Assembly: GCA_964397315.1 (NCBI GenBank)
Contig: CAYNHV010000005.1
Span: 1 to 64,000, forward strand
Reading direction: 5' to 3'
DNA: 64,000 nucleotides
Source: an uncultured Methanosarcinales archaeon
GTDB lineage: Archaea; Nanobdellota; Nanobdellia; Woesearchaeales; UBA12501
Part shown: in pieces, positions 29,354 to 40,061 of the stretch
Numbering within the stretch: position 1 is the stretch's first letter
How the letters are laid out: each line of letters begins with the position of its first letter
Position numbers and translations under genes: made by a program
Notes under the pieces: generated by a model
Database searches by the model: none
What the model was told of the DNA's origin: nothing
What the model saw: only the letters and a program-made list of their open reading frames with translations

Positions 29354-29758
29354 CTGGCTCACCTCCTTTGATGGCTCTTTGCTTTTCTCGCTCTGCCCTT
29401 TTTCGCTTCTCTCTCCCATAGGAAGGGTCCGGCTGCCACTGGTGCAATGCTAGAGGAAGGTTCCGGGCAGCCGGCGTGGGGAAAAAGGCAGATGTTATTT
29501 TTTTATTTCTCCTCAGTTTGCTCAAGTAATCCAGGCGGGAAATGCATCCTGTTTGACGGCGGTTTTTCAGGCTCCTGCTGACAGGGCTTTTCAGAATGTG
29601 ATTCATCACCCTCTCCCTGGCCGGAAGAGCGGGATACAAGGCCGCTCCATCTATCATCAGCAGCTCCGGCAGGTTTAAGGGCAAGAGGACACTCCCCTGG
29701 ATCGCATCCTAATCTTATGCATTTTCTTGACGGACTTCCCGGACAACGCTTATCCAGC

Positions 29759-30043
29759 CTACTCAACTTCAACCCTCCTTCCAGGCATGAAAATGCCGTT
29801 TCCCGCTGCAATCCTTGCTGTCTCCACGCATTCCTTTGAGCAGGCCCGTTCTTCTTCGCTGAGAACAAAATGCTCATCAGGAAGCCGCCTGCCGCAGAAC
29901 ATGCAGTGAGTCTCACTGTAAAGTTTTCTTGCTTCTCTCACCAGCTCCATGACCATTTCCGCCATTCCGGCCGCAGCTGCGAGCGCGAAGAAAGCGAGAA
30001 TGAGGCAAAGTATTACAAAACGCAGTGTAAAGAAATCTTCCAT
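29759..30043 (-). CDS. Membrane-anchored Zn-finger protein
   Basis: N-terminal TM; CMFC...CSKEC; GAGGAGG SD. Confidence 0.7.
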   Translation of the reverse strand: MEDFFTLRFVILCLILAFFALAAAAGMAEMVMELVREARKLYSETHCMFCGRRLPDEHFVLSEEERACSKECVETARIAAGNGIFMPGRRVEVE

Positions 30044-30288
30044 AATTCCCTCCTCTTAGCTTTGTTTTGGTTTGTCAGAACACATCACCTGGCAAGGCTT
30101 CTTGCCCTTGCTTATCTTTTCCACTTCCACGGCCTTGTCTTTACAAGCCTTGGCTTGTTCACATTCTCCTGCTTGCGTTTAATTGTTCATCCCTCCTTTC
30201 AGTGTTAAATGTTTTCTCGCATTACGTTTGCATATTCCTCATTGCTTCTTACGCTGCTTCTTATGATTATAGGATTGCATGCTGCAGA

Positions 30289-30522
30289 CTAATGGTTTGT
30301 ATCTCCCTGTATCGTGAGCAGCACCCTCCTGCAGTGATCGCATTTCCATGTGCATATTACGCCAGGGAGGAGGGCTTTCTTCATATAATCAATATCTGAT
30401 GTCCTGAAAGTCTTTGTCTTGCCGCAGCCAGGGCAGATAAATATTTTCCTCCCCTCTGCTGTTTCTGAGTTTATAACAAGCTGCCCGTCTTCTTCCCCTT
30501 TCAATCTCATGATCTCTTTCAT
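30289..30522 (-). CDS. Zn-ribbon protein
   Basis: CPGC...CDHC; AAGGAG SD. Confidence 0.6.
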   Translation of the reverse strand: MKEIMRLKGEEDGQLVINSETAEGRKIFICPGCGKTKTFRTSDIDYMKKALLPGVICTWKCDHCRRVLLTIQGDTNH

Positions 30523-31523
30523 GCCTTTGTTCTCCTTTGTGTTCTTTGGTTTAAGGGTTTCAAAAAATGGAGCCCGGAAGGAAAAAGCAAAGGGAGGAAT
30601 TTCTCTGCTCTTGTAAACCTCCCGGACTCCCAAAACCTGTTAGAAGGATTTTCAGACCCTGGCCTATATGTAAACCTGCTGTGCAGGGGGTTGGAAAAAG
30701 TGCTCAAGAGCAGAGGGCGGTATTTGCTCCTGAGCAAAGTGATCATTAACAGTGCTTGGAGCACTCAGACAGCTGCAATGCCTTCAGGCAATGCATCAGG
30801 ACCTTGCCCTGAGTTCCGGTTTGCGCCGGTGAAAGAAAATGTATTCTGTTTTCAAAGAGCCTCACACCTGATTTCAGACCAGTACGTCAGGTCCTTTCTC
30901 TGCATTATCCTCCTTTCTCCAGGTCAGGCTACCCTGGCAGAATAAGATAAAGCCCTGCTGCGCTGCAACCTCAAATAATAGTTTTGAAGTTGAAGGATTT
31001 AGAGTCCTTTGTCTTGTGGTATTGGAAGGTCTTTCATGACACCTCCCTTGTGAAAACTAAGTGTGAAGGGTTTAAGTTTCTTGCTGTCCCATGTTCTCCC
31101 CGGTTCTGTTTCCTCTTGTTCTGCAGCAGGGCTTAAGCCCAAAAATGTGGGAGCCGGCGCTGAGGAGCGCTGAGGCCGGGTTCTGCAGCAATCAGGAGTA
31201 GAATGTCATGCAGAACTGCTTATTATACACCGTCCACTGCTGCCGGCTCCCTCAGGCTGGAGGAGAAATAGCTTAAAAAATGGGGCCTGAGGAGGTAAAA
31301 GGAGGTGCCTGCTTTGCAAGCATGGGCCGAACTGTGTCGCTGTGCAGACAACATACCCAGGCCCCGACTCCAAATAGGTGTTGGAGGAGAAAGACTTTTT
31401 TATTCCCCGGCTTCCTGCCCTGTTAGGCAAAGGAGGACAACAGGTTTCCTGAGAGAAATGCGCAAATCCCAGGATTCATGCAGGAAGCCGGGGTTCAGGA
31501 GGAGAAGAGACGATATTTTCGGG

Positions 31524-31808
31524 TCAAACCTCAGGAAGCTCTATCTCATCATCAAGCATCAGAAGGAAAGTCAGGTATGTCTGCGCAGTCATCCAGAAGT
31601 CAAAAGCTTCTGTTATCTGCTCCTGAGTGGGAAAGCGTATCCTGATGGTGCTGCTGTTGAAGCTGAAAATATCCATGGCTAAGTATTGAAGGAAGGCAAT
31701 CTGCATCTCTTCATCTCCGCCTTTCTCTTCCACCTCCTTGCACGCAAGGCTTGTAAGTTGAGTTATGTCACTTGTCCGTTTCTCACCCCCTTTGCTGCAA
31801 TTTTTCAT
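31524..31808 (-). CDS. Small hypothetical protein
   Basis: AAGGAG SD. Confidence 0.5.
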   Translation of the reverse strand: MKNCSKGGEKRTSDITQLTSLACKEVEEKGGDEEMQIAFLQYLAMDIFSFNSSTIRIRFPTQEQITEAFDFWMTAQTYLTFLLMLDDEIELPEV

Positions 31809-31948
31809 AACTTGCTCCTTTCTTTTGGGTTATCAACAGCTCATAACAGGATCAGGGTTTAAAGGATGCCGGGCTCTGGTGCTCTGCATACGCTGCATGA
31901 ATGCCCGGCCCGGCTTTCCTATGCCTGCTCAGCTAGGACATATCCTCC

Positions 31949-32284
31949 TCAGCTGAGGTACGGTGCCGACTTGAGTCTTCTTGCCATCTGAGAAGCTGTT
32001 GAAATCGTCCTGTCCGCTGCGGTTATCCTTTTGGAGCCGGTTTTTGCCGTTTTCGGTGTTATGGTCCCTTCCTGGCTGATAGCGGCTGGTCTGCTTATTT
32101 CAGCCTTTTCAGAAGGGGCTGCCTTGGCGGTTATGGACGGAGCAGGAGTATTCCCCTGGGCTGCCGTCATGGTGGCGGTCTCGTAAGAGCCATTTAAAGC
32201 CTCGCTCTGCTCTGCCTGCTGGATAATGAAGAATGAGATGGCCAGTATTGTAGCCAGCAGCAAAATAAACCTGAGTTTACCCAT
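31949..32284 (-). CDS. Secreted/anchored A/T/S-rich protein
   Basis: N-terminal signal/TM, low-complexity body, AAGGAG SD. Confidence 0.6.
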   Translation of the reverse strand: MGKLRFILLLATILAISFFIIQQAEQSEALNGSYETATMTAAQGNTPAPSITAKAAPSEKAEISRPAAISQEGTITPKTAKTGSKRITAADRTISTASQMARRLKSAPYLS

Positions 32285-32442
32285 GCTTGGCTCCTTTCTG
32301 GCTAAGGGTTAAGCTGTTTTTGGACAAGTTACGCTGCCCCTGCCTTGTTCTGCTGTTTCAGCTACCGCGCATTACCACCTCCTTTCGTGGGATTAACAGA
32401 TGCTGAGTTTAGTCATTCCCTGCCTGAAAGGACTGCGTTCCC

Positions 32443-32664
32443 TCACTCAACATAATTTCTTAACCGATACAGGTTGATAAGAAGGAAGATGATTAAACTG
32501 TCTAGAATGAGAAGGATGATGATGGTGATGATATCAACTGCTGCTGGACCTCCTGCAGCTTGCATGGCGAGGCAGATCTCCAGCGTCGTAATGGCGAGTA
32601 GAAAGAGCAGGCATGCTCCTATGAGCAAAAGAGGCAGGATTCTGCTATTTACCCTGCTGCTCAT
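32443..32664 (-). CDS. Two-TM membrane protein
   Basis: Two hydrophobic helices, AAGGAG SD. Confidence 0.6.
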   Translation of the reverse strand: MSSRVNSRILPLLLIGACLLFLLAITTLEICLAMQAAGGPAAVDIITIIILLILDSLIIFLLINLYRLRNYVE

Positions 32665-32716
32665 AATCTTCTCCTTTCTCCAGAAATTCTGGAAGTTAAT
32701 TATGGCCTCCTGCCAC

Positions 32717-33469
32717 TCACTGAACAGTCACCGAGACAATCATGTTTTCAGGGCCTATATGCTCTATACAGTCCACACATATGCCGCCGCCTTTGCTCAT
32801 GCCCCTCTTGATGGTCGGGAGCATGTATGTCCTCTTCTCTTCCTCCTGGGTTTTGACGCCGAACTCGTCATATTTGGCCTCTTTTGTTACCTCAGTGATA
32901 AAGGGCACTCCGCAGTTTTGGATTTCATAGCGGAGGGTAGAGCAGCAGGCTTCTTTTACATTCTCCTTTCCAAAGATAAATCCAGGACAGTATAATGCCT
33001 CTCTGGTCTTGCCTGACTTCAGGGTGATCCTCCACACATAGGCCTGCATCTTATGTCTGTTGACTATGTACTCATCTACAAAACCGCCCCTCCTTTTATG
33101 CAGTTTAGTGCAGGACCAGTGATAGGAGACAGAATCTGTCTTGTCTGTCAGAATCTCAATCTTCCTGAGCTTTGGAGAGGGGATTGTAAAGCCAACATAG
33201 TCTTTGGGGGAACTCCTACACATCTTCTCAAGCCCCATAGTCAGACCCAGCTTGCCTCTTCTGATCCTCCTTTTCATTGTGGAACCATCAGCCAACTTGA
33301 GCACTACAGTGACCATTGGGCCTTTTGAACTGCCTGCTTTTGAGCTGTCAGGAGGTATTACCCAAAAGAGGCTGAATAGGGAAAGTATCAAGAGGGTTGT
33401 GATTATGCCCATGAGCACATTTTCTTCTCTTCCTTTCCCTTTTATTCCTTTCATGCCTGCTTTCCTCAT
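32717..33469 (-). CDS. Membrane-anchored hypothetical protein
   Basis: AGGAGG SD before MRKAG; one TM; several Cys. Confidence 0.65.
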   Translation of the reverse strand: MRKAGMKGIKGKGREENVLMGIITTLLILSLFSLFWVIPPDSSKAGSSKGPMVTVVLKLADGSTMKRRIRRGKLGLTMGLEKMCRSSPKDYVGFTIPSPKLRKIEILTDKTDSVSYHWSCTKLHKRRGGFVDEYIVNRHKMQAYVWRITLKSGKTREALYCPGFIFGKENVKEACCSTLRYEIQNCGVPFITEVTKEAKYDEFGVKTQEEEKRTYMLPTIKRGMSKGGGICVDCIEHIGPENMIVSVTVQ

Positions 33470-34027
33470 GCCAGTCCTCCTTTCTCTTCTTTCTATTGAG
33501 GAATTTGTTAAACCTTGTAACTTACAGAATTCCTTATATGCTATTATGGCTTTTCCGCCTTTTTCCTTTAAGAATTCTTCATTCTCAGGCATTCACATCC
33601 GGAAGATGATGGAAATAAAACTGTCTAAATCGCACCTTTTCTGGTGTGACTTGCCAAACCCACTTGCTTTCTCAGCGCTCCTCAATGGGTTTTTCAGGGT
33701 TTTCCAGGTCCACTCGCAAGAGCATTTCCGCCTTTGTCTGTAACCATGATGGTTCAGATCACTGAGGTTTCAATGCAAAACTCACGGCTTCCTACTCTGC
33801 ATCTGCGTTGGCATGGAGCACAAGGTCATTCTCATTTTAGAGTTAATGATCCGCGCTTCCTGCAGAGTCCCTGCAAAAACTTAGTTGTTGTAAGTTTTTG
33901 GTTGTTGTTTGTTGTCGTGTTGTGATGTAAAAAAGTATGATTTGTGATATATTTGTGTGGAATGATAAGGTGTTTGTCATCATGTTTTATTAATATTTTC
34001 CTGCTCTGGCATGCTGATTATAGGGGA

Positions 34028-36106
34028 TTATGAGGAAACAGCCTCCTGAACCTCTTCCTGCACAGCGCTCCTCCCAATGCTCTCCATCAGGGGCTTTGCG
34101 CTGTCCGTCAAGTGGAGCCTCTTTCTCCAGCCATCATCCCTCCTGTCCTCTATGACTGATATCAGGCCCATCTCAACCAGCTCTTTCTTGAGCCTGTTGC
34201 CCTTTCTTCCTGAGATTCTGAGCTGCCTGTAGAGCTCTGAGGTGGATATTCCAGGATGCTCCATGACCGCCTGCATGAGGCTGACATGGTCTCTTGTGAG
34301 CCTGCTCTCAATGCCTGTCTCAGGGGCGCTGCCTGAAGCAGATGAGGAGCTCGCTTTCTCAATCTTCTTGTTCTCCTTCAGCTCCTTATCCATCTTCCGC
34401 CTGACATTGGTCAGGGCAACGTCAATGTCCTGCCTGCTGTAGCCCTCGCTCTCAAGCTTCTGCCTTATGCTGTCAAGGGTGAACCCGTTATTGACCTGCT
34501 CGCAGGCGTAATCATAGATGAATTCCTGGATGTGGTTGACTATTATCCTGTTCCTGTTGTGCATTCCCTTCGGCTTCTCCTTTTTTGTCAGGCCCTCAAG
34601 CTCTGCCTCTCTAATGCCAGTATCAACACCCATTGACTTTATCATGAGGTCTGTGCTGGCTATCCTTGCCTGGAGCTTGTCAGGCCTGCATGACTCGTGG
34701 AATATCCTCATTCTTTTGTCATGCTTCATCATGCCCTTCATCCTCTGCCTGACATCATCATCTGTAACAGAGTGCTTTTTTATGTCAATCTCAGGCACTT
34801 TCATCAGGAAGGGATTGTAGTATCTTTCTGCCAGCTTGACTATTGCGTGGCCCACAGGAAGCATTGAGAAGTACTTCCTCTGCTGGGGGTCTGTCATCTG
34901 CATTATGCCGGCTATTGTGTGGACATCCTGGGGAAGCATCTGCTGGAAGGCCACGTTGCAGGCTGAGTTGCCTGCCACGACATCAGAGAGCTTTGACACG
35001 TGCTGGTCAAGGCATATGAGGCTTGCGCCGTACTCCCTTATCTCCCTGTAGATGACATCTGTTATTGTCTCCTTCATGAATGTGGGCCTGTCCTTGAGGA
35101 ATATGTTGTGGGCCTCGTCCACAAGTATCGCGTTCTTGAAATCCCTGCTCTCAAGCATATTCGCTTTTTTGTACTTGTAGATGTATGTGAGGAGAAACTG
35201 GCAGAAGAATTTCTTCTCTGAGTTGCTCAGGGCGTCAAGCTCAAACAGCACTTTCTTGTCAAAGAGGTCCTCAACGCTCATTGAGTACTCTCCCTTGTAG
35301 TTTATGGCCTCGCCGAACCCGCCGAATGTCAGCGCGTGGGCTATCCTTATTGAGGATGTTATCCACTCTGACTCCCTTCCTGTCTTTTTTGAGTGCTCTG
35401 CCTCAATGTCCTCAAGCCTGTCCTTTATCTGGTGCCAGGTGGGGTAATTTTCAGAGCCTCCGTAGACTCCAAAGTCCTTGAATGCCTTGTCAAGGGTCTC
35501 AAGAAGTATCTTGTGGACTCCGTAGCTTGCAAAGAACGCCTCTGTTATTATGTCAGCGAGTATGCTTATCCATTCCTGTGGGTGGACTCCCTTAGGGGGC
35601 CTGTTTATGTTTATCCTGAAGAGGTTGCTCACGCTCTCGTTTCCGACTGTGAAGCAGAGCATGTCAGGGTCTATCTTAAGCAGGGGCCTGAAGCTTCTTT
35701 TCCAGTCAAATATCATGAACGGCTTTTTCTTGAGCATGAGGTTTCCGAGTATCTGGAACGCAAAGGTTGTCTTTCCTGAGCCTGACATCCCGCTTATGCA
35801 GATGTGCCTCTGCCAGTCCCTCTCTCTCAGGCCGAAAGGGTAAAGCTCCTTGTCAGGATATACCACTTTTCCAAGAGGGTAGTCTCCTTTTATGACATCC
35901 TTTTCAGGAGGCTCCAGGAGTATCTTGTCTGAGAACATTGACTTGTTGAGGTGCTTGTGGTACAGCGCGTGAAGGGCCTGCTCTATCTCCATCTTCTTGT
36001 CCCTGCTGTCAGCAAGGGAGTACTTCAGATAGAGGTTGTCAATCTTTTTCCCTAATACAGGCTTCAGTTTCCTGCACAGCTCCTCAACAGTAAGGTTGTA
36101 TTTCAT
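34028..36106 (-). CDS. HerA/VirB4/TraD-like P-loop ATPase (DUF87-type) with C-terminal winged HTH
   Basis: RHICISGMSGSGKT (Walker A), IFDWK, ILVDEAH (Walker B), REIREYG; PGISTSELYRQL.IS.RKG..LK..L...GLI wHTH. Confidence 0.88.
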   Translation of the reverse strand: MKYNLTVEELCRKLKPVLGKKIDNLYLKYSLADSRDKKMEIEQALHALYHKHLNKSMFSDKILLEPPEKDVIKGDYPLGKVVYPDKELYPFGLRERDWQRHICISGMSGSGKTTFAFQILGNLMLKKKPFMIFDWKRSFRPLLKIDPDMLCFTVGNESVSNLFRININRPPKGVHPQEWISILADIITEAFFASYGVHKILLETLDKAFKDFGVYGGSENYPTWHQIKDRLEDIEAEHSKKTGRESEWITSSIRIAHALTFGGFGEAINYKGEYSMSVEDLFDKKVLFELDALSNSEKKFFCQFLLTYIYKYKKANMLESRDFKNAILVDEAHNIFLKDRPTFMKETITDVIYREIREYGASLICLDQHVSKLSDVVAGNSACNVAFQQMLPQDVHTIAGIMQMTDPQQRKYFSMLPVGHAIVKLAERYYNPFLMKVPEIDIKKHSVTDDDVRQRMKGMMKHDKRMRIFHESCRPDKLQARIASTDLMIKSMGVDTGIREAELEGLTKKEKPKGMHNRNRIIVNHIQEFIYDYACEQVNNGFTLDSIRQKLESEGYSRQDIDVALTNVRRKMDKELKENKKIEKASSSSASGSAPETGIESRLTRDHVSLMQAVMEHPGISTSELYRQLRISGRKGNRLKKELVEMGLISVIEDRRDDGWRKRLHLTDSAKPLMESIGRSAVQEEVQEAVSS

Positions 36107-36157
36107 TTTGCAATCCCTGATGTCCCAGCGGCATTCCCGGCTCATTCACCGGCAGGT

Positions 36158-36646
36158 TTAATCTTCTTCTCCCTCAAGAAGGCTGTCAAGCATGGCTGAC
36201 CTGCCCTCTCTTTCCCTGCACTCTGCAAGGTGCTGCCTGAGCTCTTTCTTCAGCTGGGCAATGTCCCGCCAGCAGTTCACCTGCTCTTCTATCTTTCTTG
36301 ACTCCACGTCAAGCACTTTCTGCTTCAGCCTCATCTGCTCCCCTCTTATGATCTCGCTTCTCCTGTCAACCTCGTGGAGCTTTATGATGAAGTTCTCTGT
36401 GTCAACGATGAGCTTGTCAAACTTTGCTATGACTTCCTGGGAGAGCTGCTTTCTGAGCCTGATGCCCTCCTGGATGTCCTCTATTGAGTCCTTTATTGAC
36501 TGCACCTTCTCGGACTGCAGAGTCTCAAACACCCTTTCGTCCTCAAGCTTGTTCATCTTGTAATCAGGCGAGGCTGCTGTGTTCGCTGCAGGGTTTGCAG
36601 CAGGATTTGCAGCAGAGTTTGCAGTTGTCGCGTTGTTTTGTTCCAT
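36158..36646 (-). CDS. Coiled-coil protein with N-terminal ANPA repeats
   Basis: Heptad pattern; directly upstream of the ATPase. Confidence 0.75.
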   Translation of the reverse strand: MEQNNATTANSAANPAANPAANTAASPDYKMNKLEDERVFETLQSEKVQSIKDSIEDIQEGIRLRKQLSQEVIAKFDKLIVDTENFIIKLHEVDRRSEIIRGEQMRLKQKVLDVESRKIEEQVNCWRDIAQLKKELRQHLAECREREGRSAMLDSLLEGEED

Positions 36647-37150
36647 TTTACCACCCTCCGGCCATCAGCTTATGCGGAAAAACCGGAATAACCCTCCAAA
36701 AAAGGGGCTTTATATCTTGTGTTATGGGCTGTTATGCTCAACTAATATTTAAATCTTTCGATTATTAACCATTAAGAAGTGACAAAAGATATATGGCGTG
36801 GGCTGGTGGAAAACGCTTGCTTTGCAGGGAATGTGCTTGATGAGAATGTGCTGGGAATTGCTTGATGTAAATCTGGAAAGAGCTTCAGGGATTGCCGGAA
36901 AAATTACCGGAAAAAGACAGCTGGGCAGGCCAAGGCTCGCGCCACAAACTTGCTTCAGCATACAACATATTTCAACATTCTCCAGCAAGGGTTTTCCGCC
37001 TCTCTTCTCGATAATTAAAGGGTTTTCCGCTCATGAGCATATTTCAACCATAAGAGAGATCATGATACAGCATGATAAGAGGAGATGAGAGAGAAACAAG
37101 AAAGAGACAAGAACAGAAGAAGCCGGGAACAGAAGATAACAACAGCTGTT

Positions 37151-38752
37151 TTATTCCCTGTACAGCTCAGGCCACGCCCCGCTGCTCTTGTATTTGCTGC
37201 TGAACTTGTCCTGCAGCCCGCACATGAGTGAGTCAATCCTGCGGTCTGTTCCTGCTGCATTTATGAACTCCTCAAGCTTTGTTATTGCTGCATATTCGTT
37301 TATCTTTTTCCTGAGCTCCTCGCCTGCGTCTTCCTGCCAGAACTCTGTTATGGCTGTGTCCATCTTCTCATAGGGAGTCTTGCTGAGGTGCCTCCTGTCC
37401 TCAGGATCCAGCATCCCTATCATCTCCCTGAATATGTTCTCTTTCTCATTCTGCACCTGTTTTCTTGCTTTCCAGGTGTATTTTCCATTCAAGGCATTCT
37501 CATACGCCTGATTGCTTCTTGGATTGCCTCTCAGGTGAGTTAAGTTGTGGTCGTATTCTGCTCCGACCTTCCCAGGCTGGTCAACCGGATTTATTGCAGT
37601 GTCCCTCAGGGCTTCCACCCTCTCTTTCACAGAACCTGATTTCCTTTTCCTTCCAAAGTAGAATTCATTATGTGTCCTGTGCTCATGCTTAAGCTCGCAG
37701 TATTTGTGAGCCCATTCCACAAGTGTTGAGGATGCTGTCCTGTCTCTATCCACTCCCTCCAGCATATTGTATCTCATGCCCACTGAGCCTGCCAGTATGC
37801 CCTGTGCTGTGTCAAGCCCCTTGAAGCGCCTGTTAAGGCTGTTATAATCCTCCATGCTGGTTAATGCCCCCATAACATTACCCTTCCATGCCTCAAGATT
37901 GCTGTCATAATTCTCATCAACCAGATCAAGTATCCTTTTTGCCACAGGCCTTGTGAACCCATCCTGCTTCCCTGCTCCAGTTATGCATTTTTTCATGTCC
38001 TTGAGGGTGTCCTCAAGGGCATAGGAGTACTCTTTTGCAACGCTTCTGGGCATGAGAAGCCTCTTGAGGTCCTCCTCAAACTTTCTCTTTCTCTCATCAT
38101 TAAGGTGGATTTTAACTCTTGAGACATCTGCGCCATCCTCAGGAAGAGAAGTCCTTAGATGGTCTGTTAGAAGGTATTCAGTATCGCTATCCTGATGAAG
38201 GCTTTCAGCCCATCCATCTATCTCTTCTGCAATATAATCATGCTTCAAGAGCTTGTATTCCTTGCTCCTGCCTATCTGCTCCCTCTCATGAATGGGCTCT
38301 CCGTCTGCTCCCGGAATTGAGAAATATCCCTCTTTGTCAGGCTCTGCCTTTGCTATCCTCCTTATGTTCTCTTCAAGATTTTTTATCCTGTTGGAATCTG
38401 AGTCTTCTTCAAGAAAGTGCTCTTTGAAGACCTCGTGATCAGTGTTTATGAGGCTTACCATGTCCCTGAGCAGGGGATAACGCTCTGAAGAGCCAGGTGA
38501 GTCCCCTCTTCCAGGCGCCACTTCCTGCCTTCCTGCAAAGTAAAGCTTGTTGTAGTCCAGCCTGTTGATGTGGTTGTTGAGTGAGCTGTCAGGGCTTTCA
38601 AGGCTCTTCTGCTCCTGAAAATCCTCGTGAGAAACAGTATTTTTCAGGTATTGCTTTCCGAAATGCTCTGCAACCCTGTCAACAAGCTTTGATCTCTTCC
38701 TGCTGCTGAAATGAGGGTTTATCCTTGCCAATGCCCTTTCAAGCCATCTCAT
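37151..38752 (-). CDS. Hypothetical helical protein
   Basis: 533-aa ORF with host-like codon usage; TATA upstream. Confidence 0.8.
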   Translation of the reverse strand: MRWLERALARINPHFSSRKRSKLVDRVAEHFGKQYLKNTVSHEDFQEQKSLESPDSSLNNHINRLDYNKLYFAGRQEVAPGRGDSPGSSERYPLLRDMVSLINTDHEVFKEHFLEEDSDSNRIKNLEENIRRIAKAEPDKEGYFSIPGADGEPIHEREQIGRSKEYKLLKHDYIAEEIDGWAESLHQDSDTEYLLTDHLRTSLPEDGADVSRVKIHLNDERKRKFEEDLKRLLMPRSVAKEYSYALEDTLKDMKKCITGAGKQDGFTRPVAKRILDLVDENYDSNLEAWKGNVMGALTSMEDYNSLNRRFKGLDTAQGILAGSVGMRYNMLEGVDRDRTASSTLVEWAHKYCELKHEHRTHNEFYFGRKRKSGSVKERVEALRDTAINPVDQPGKVGAEYDHNLTHLRGNPRSNQAYENALNGKYTWKARKQVQNEKENIFREMIGMLDPEDRRHLSKTPYEKMDTAITEFWQEDAGEELRKKINEYAAITKLEEFINAAGTDRRIDSLMCGLQDKFSSKYKSSGAWPELYRE

Positions 38753-38919
38753 TGTTTCCGCTCCAGTGACTCTTCAAAGATTTTAAAAAGATAAAAACAT
38801 AGGGAGTATGATGCGTTGGTTTATAAAGTTTACGATTCAGTTATTACTTAAAAGTAGCTATAAATCAAAACATTTATATATGGGCTCTGCCTTCCTCTGA
38901 TGAATAAAAGACAAACAGC

Positions 38920-39132
38920 ATGATAACAATGGTATTCAGCTTCTTCAGCAGGGTGAAGGCCTCCTTCAGGAGGATAAGGAAGGACATGACAGAGCTTAGG
39001 AACAGCATGAATGAGTGGATAGTGTTCCTCAACTCCAACCAGAAGGAGATGCAGCAGAGGATTGACCAGCTTGACCAGAGGGTGAGAGAGCTGGAGATGG
39101 AAAGGGTTTCTGAGATGATAAGAATTAAGTGA
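38920..39132 (+). CDS. Small coiled-coil protein
   Basis: SF.RI.KDM..L...W heptad pattern; TTTATATA promoter upstream. Confidence 0.7.
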   Translation: MITMVFSFFSRVKASFRRIRKDMTELRNSMNEWIVFLNSNQKEMQQRIDQLDQRVRELEMERVSEMIRIK

Positions 39133-39227
39133 AACTCCTTATGCTAAGGCTGCCTTGATTGTTTTCTATATGGACTGTTTCTTACTGTTTGTATCAACTT
39201 ACTGTTTGTATCAAGATACATCCTGCT

Positions 39228-39908
39228 TCATGCCTTACTCCCGCGTCTCATCCTCTTTGCCCAGTAGATGAAGGGAGTGTCTATTGCAGAGACTATTATC
39301 TTCATGATGTATGATGTTATGAATATCTGGCCGATTATGCCCCATGAGAAAACTCCGGTGAATGCTATCAGAGTGAAGATAGTGTTGTCTATCAGCTGGC
39401 TGAGCATTGTGGAGGCATTGTTTCTTGCCCACAAAAACCTCCCTTTCATTCTTCTCTTCAGCCTTGCAAACAGCCAGACATCATGGAGCTGAGACACCAG
39501 ATAGGCTGCCAGGCTCGCTATTGTTATCCTGGGCAGAAAGCTGAAGACAGCATCAATGTGGGGGCTCAGGAAATCAGAGGAGTGGGGGATGAAATAGAGG
39601 GTTGCCTGCATGACAAGGGTTGTTGATATGAGGGCATAGAAGCCTATCCAGACCGCCTTCCTGGCATCCTTTTCTGAATAAAGCTCATTGAGTATGTCAG
39701 TCACCAGGAACAGCGAGCCGTAGATGACATTGCCCATTGCAGTCACAAGCCCGAAGAAGCCTATTGTCTTCATCACCTGGATGTTGGCCAGTATGACAGC
39801 TATGGCTGTCCACACGTACAGGCCTGTCCTGCCCCAGAGGGTGTAGGCCAGCATTATGAGCAGGAAACACCCTATGAGCAGCTCAATCCACAAAAGCTCG
39901 TTAATCAC
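39228..39908 (-). CDS. yhhQ: Queuosine precursor transporter (VUT/YhhQ family)
   Basis: ANIQV.K, GNV.YG..FL.TDILNE.Y, RI..ASL.AYLVSQ..DV, W.RNN.ST..SQLID, DTPF.Y. Confidence 0.92.
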   Translation of the reverse strand: MINELLWIELLIGCFLLIMLAYTLWGRTGLYVWTAIAVILANIQVMKTIGFFGLVTAMGNVIYGSLFLVTDILNELYSEKDARKAVWIGFYALISTTLVMQATLYFIPHSSDFLSPHIDAVFSFLPRITIASLAAYLVSQLHDVWLFARLKRRMKGRFLWARNNASTMLSQLIDNTIFTLIAFTGVFSWGIIGQIFITSYIMKIIVSAIDTPFIYWAKRMRRGSKA

Positions 39909-40061
39909 AATAACACCTCCTATAGTACACCCCTATAGTACACCCCTACAATGCACCCATAATGCCTGACAAGCCCGACACTGCCTCACGCCTAATCAAG
40001 AACCCCTTTTTGGACAGCAAAATATTTAATACTTAATATAATTTGCGCTGGAGGGTGCTGG

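Noticed and set aside
18133..33469. Provirus
   Set aside because: No recognisable capsid, terminase, portal, integrase or polymerase; not excluded without HMM searches
39909..40061. preQ1 riboswitch upstream of yhhQ or tgt
   Set aside because: No recognisable preQ1 stem-loop with A-rich tail; the region holds a 13-bp tandem repeat and TATA-like sequence
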